This document shows, in pieces, positions 7,891-10,252 of a DNA stretch of 10,252 nt. The notes beneath the pieces were generated by a model. The model was not told the DNA's origin. It searched no databases and saw nothing but the letters and a program-made list of their open reading frames with translations. The stretch's first letter is position 1. Every line of letters starts with the position of its first letter. Both the position numbers and the translations under genes were made by a program. This DNA is from Candidatus Methylomirabilota bacterium (GTDB lineage: Bacteria; Methylomirabilota; Methylomirabilia; Rokubacteriales; CSP1-6), in contig JBKPAK010000018.1 in the NCBI GenBank assembly GCA_046726415.1, positions 1 to 10,252 of the forward strand, read 5' to 3'.

Positions 7891-9222
7891 CATCGTTCGA
7901 CCTTCGCCGCGCAGACGACAAGCCCCGCGACCGGCGCGCCCGACTCCGTGCGGAGTTCTGGGTGAATGATCCGGGCGCGCAATCCTGCCGCGGCGAGCAG
8001 GCGCTCGACGTACTCGCGGCCATGGCTGTAGCGGCCGTGCAGCTCGAGGCGATAGCCGCCCTCCGGCTCCGCGCTTGTCGCACGTTCCAGCGTGAACACG
8101 AAGAGCCCGTTCGGGCGAAGCGCCGCCGCGGCCGCGGCCACGACATCGTCCAGCGCGCCGAAATACACGAGCGTGTCGGCCGACACGATCAGGTCGAAGG
8201 CGCCGGGGTGCTCGCGCAGGTAAGCGGTCAGCTCGGCCTTCGTCAGCTCGTCGTAGACGTGCTTCTCTCTTGCCTGCGCGAGCATGCCGTCGGAGAGATC
8301 GACGCCGATCACGCGTCGCGCGTACGGGGCGAGGAGCGGGCCACAGAGTCCCGTCCCGCATCCGGCGTCGAGGACGTCCAGCCTCTTCGACTCCTCGAGC
8401 CCTGAGTCCTCGAGCATCGTCGCCACCAGCGCCGGCGCGCGGTACGACAGCTTCTGAAGCTTGGATTCGAAGCTGGCGGCAAAGCTGTCGAACGTCCGCT
8501 CGACGAATCCGTCCGACGCGCGCGCCGGCACGCTGCGGCCGGTGCACGCCGCGAGCATGTGCAACGCGATCGGATCGTCCGGCTCCTCGCTAAGCCAGTC
8601 CTCGAAGATCCGCGCCGCCTCAGCGACGTCGCCAAGGGCGCAGTGCGCGAGCGCGAGCAGGCGCCGCGCTTCCGCATGCTTCGGCCTCAGCGTGATCGCC
8701 CTTGCAGTAGCACGCCGCCGCTTCTTCAGTCCTGTTCAAGCCGTTCAACAGGATGCCGAGGTTCGTGTACGCGTCGGTGTGATGGGGATCCAGCTCGATG
8801 GCTGTGCGATACGCGGCCTCGGCCTCCGACGGCTTCCCGGTCGCGCGCAGCAGCACGCCGAGATTGCTGTAGGCGTTCGCGTGGCGGGGATCGATCACGA
8901 TCGCTCGACGATAGGCGTCGATCGCTTCGTCGAGCCGGCCCGAGGACTGCAAGACGATGGCGAGGTTGTTGTAGCAGTCGGCGCGGTCGGGCACGAGCGC
9001 GAGGCTGCGCTCGATCAGCGCGACGGCCTCATCGCTGCGCCCCTGCTGATGCGCGAGCACGCCCGCGTAGTGCAGCGCCTCGGGATGATCCGGCTCCGCC
9101 TCGAGCACGCGGCGGTGCACTTCCGCGGCCTCAGCGAACTGGCCGTTCTTCTGCAGCAGGATCGCGAACGCGACCGCCTCGTCGAGCGTCAGCTCGCGAG
9201 GCGGCGTCTCCGTCTGCTCCAT
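7890..9222 (-). CDS. TPR-repeat + class I SAM-dependent methyltransferase fusion protein (COG4976-like), frameshifted at ~8699-8701
   Basis: TPR repeats (ALHYAGVLAHQQGRSDEAVALIERSLAL, YNNLAIVL, AYSNLGVLL, AYTNLGILL). Removing one G from AAGGGCGATC joins them to AITLRPKHAEARRLL...FDSFAASFESKL..LSYRAP...VLDAGCGTGLCG...GVDLSDGML...FDLIVSADTLVYFG...RYSH. About 443 aa when repaired. Confidence 0.9.
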
Positions 9223-9231
9223 GGCCGTGCC

Positions 9232-9702
9232 CTAGAACGTCTTGTTGGCCTTCAGGTCGTACTTGAAGTGGATGCCGGCGTCGAGCGATCCGTCGGCCTT
9301 CTGCGGCTTGTACTGAAAGTCGATCTTGGCAAAGGCCAGCGTCACCATCTCCGACCCGGTGTCCGGCTGGGTGGCGGAGCCGCTGTGCGTGACGCCGGTG
9401 ATGATCACGTCGTTCAGCTTGACGATCAGATATTCCTGCTGGCCCTTGCCCGCCTTCCGGTGCGTGATGGTCGCGTCGGGCAGGTGCTTCCCCGTCGCGC
9501 ACGCGAGCAGGAGCTGCGGCGTCGCCTTGTCGATGTGGTGAACGATCGAGAGATCCTGGAAGTTCGGCTTGCCGCCGCCTCCAGCCGCGGGGGCCGCGCT
9601 GGTGACGCCCCACGAGAACGAGAGCACTTCGATCTCGTCCTTGTGCTTGGCGTCGGTCGATTCCCCTTTGATGTCCCCGAGCTTTGCGAAGATGTCCGGC
9701 AT
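9232..9702 (-). CDS. hcp: Type VI secretion system tube protein Hcp (TssD), 156 aa, intact
   Basis: MPDIFAKLGDIKGESTDAKHKDEIEVLSFSWGV...FQDLSIVHHIDKATPQLLLACATGKHL..ATITHRKAG...EYLIVKLNDVIITGV...EMVTLAFAKIDFQYKPQKADGSL...YDLKANK. A G-run precedes the ATG as a possible Shine-Dalgarno. The stop lies 9 nt before the TPR-methyltransferase start. Confidence 0.96.
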   Translation of the reverse strand: MPDIFAKLGDIKGESTDAKHKDEIEVLSFSWGVTSAAPAAGGGGKPNFQDLSIVHHIDKATPQLLLACATGKHLPDATITHRKAGKGQQEYLIVKLNDVIITGVTHSGSATQPDTGSEMVTLAFAKIDFQYKPQKADGSLDAGIHFKYDLKANKTF

Positions 9703-9742
9703 CTGACGCCCCCCCAACTGACGGGTCAGGGAAAGAGACATC

Positions 9743-9748
9743 ATTCTA
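9743..9748 (-). promoter_or_regulatory. Putative -10 element for hcp
   Basis: TAGAAT on the minus strand 40 nt upstream of the hcp ATG, in a locally AT-richer spacer. No recognisable -35. Confidence 0.4.
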
Positions 9749-9760
9749 AGCCCGACGAGG

Positions 9761-10043
9761 CTATTCGGGGCGGATGGAGAGACTTTCCTGGCGGGCCAGC
9801 TGGAGGCGCGGGCCCTCATGTCATCGCCGCGAATTTCCTGCAGCGCACACGCAACGAGCGTGTGGACCATCTTCTTGCGCCACACGAGCTCGAAGTCGGT
9901 GTTGTCCATCGGCTTGGCGACCTCGCTCGCCGCGGCCGCGACCGCCGCAATAACTCGTCCGTCAGGCTTTCGCCCTCCAGCAGCGCTACCGCGCGATCGG
10001 CTTCCATCGGCTTCGACGCGACCGTGCCGAGAACGATCTGTAC
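9761..10043 (-). pseudogene. C-terminal fragment of a molybdenum-hydroxylase FAD-binding subunit (4-hydroxybenzoyl-CoA reductase beta / CoxM-like)
   Basis: Reads QIVLGTVASKPMEADRAVALLEGESLTDE/IAAVAAAASEVAKPMDNTDFELVWRKKMVHTLVACALQEIRGDDMRA/RLQLARQESLSIRPE*, with frameshifts at ~9952 and ~9810. The 5' side is cut off at the second oriIS-like repeat. Confidence 0.75.
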
Positions 10044-10046
10044 CGG

Positions 10047-10155
10047 GGGGCGGGAGCGCAAGGACCAGCCGCTGGGTTGGTCCGGTGGCGCGAGAGGGCG
10101 GGAGTGTCTGAGAACGGACGTTCCGTCAACCGGCCCTTTGTCGTGTCTACGCTCT
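10047..10155 (+). repeat. Direct repeat copy 2 (solo oriIS-like terminus with no adjacent transposase)
   Basis: CTGAGAACGGACGTTCCGTCAACCGGCCCTTTGTCGTGTCTACGCTCT, in the same orientation as copy 1. Confidence 0.9.
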
Positions 10156-10164
10156 TGACGGCTT

Positions 10165-10252
10165 TGGAGAATCCCTTCGCCGAGCGCGTCATCGGTTCGA
10201 TCGCCGCGAATGCCTTGATCTCGTCATCGTGCTCAACGAACGCCACCTGCGT
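10165..10252 (+). pseudogene. Integrase core domain (rve, DDE) transposase fragment, running off the window edge
   Basis: Reads W/(Q)NPFAERVIGSI/(R)RECLDLVIVLNERHLR with two single-base deletions. This is the typical 'PWQN..AER.IGSIRRECLDH.IV..E.HLR' segment, with no upstream part. Confidence 0.85.

Noticed and set aside
9232-9909. 225-aa N-terminally extended Hcp in the ORF track
   Set aside because: The extension is the FAD-subunit tail plus spacer, brought in frame by a probable 1-nt deletion near 9810. Hcp homology starts at Met 9702.
7843-10155. CRISPR or attL/attR interpretation of the repeat pair
   Set aside because: There are only two copies, 2.3 kb apart, with no spacer array, cas gene or tyrosine/serine recombinase. 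The position after an IS91-like transposase tail fits oriIS better.
8461-10158. 565-aa plus-strand ORF
   Set aside because: It is the antisense shadow of hcp and the TPR gene, common in high-GC DNA, and has no motifs.

Overview
High-GC bacterial window. The 'MxRRxFL...PLAAEAQ...KVYRIGW' ABC substrate-binding paralogs suggest Candidatus Rokubacteria/Methylomirabilota, but this is an inference. The left part holds the 3' end of a glycogen-debranching enzyme gene and a convergent GT4 glycosyltransferase. The middle is a mosaic of gene fragments (amidohydrolase, EEP nuclease, AhpD/CMD-like, ABC substrate-binding protein, DRG-type GTPase, DUF4239 membrane protein) and small ORFs, including a 45-aa Pro/Arg-rich ORF absent from the ORF track. 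The right part holds a decayed IS91/ISCR-like rolling-circle transposase end with an oriIS-like terminus. A second copy of that terminus lies about 2.3 kb further on. The two copies bracket an orphan T6SS hcp + TPR/SAM-methyltransferase gene pair with no other T6SS genes, plus the tail of a molybdenum-hydroxylase FAD subunit. An integrase-core (rve) fragment runs off the right edge. Many reading frames carry single-base indels, often in homopolymers, so some 'pseudogenes' may be sequencing errors. All family calls come from motif recognition by eye, not database searches.
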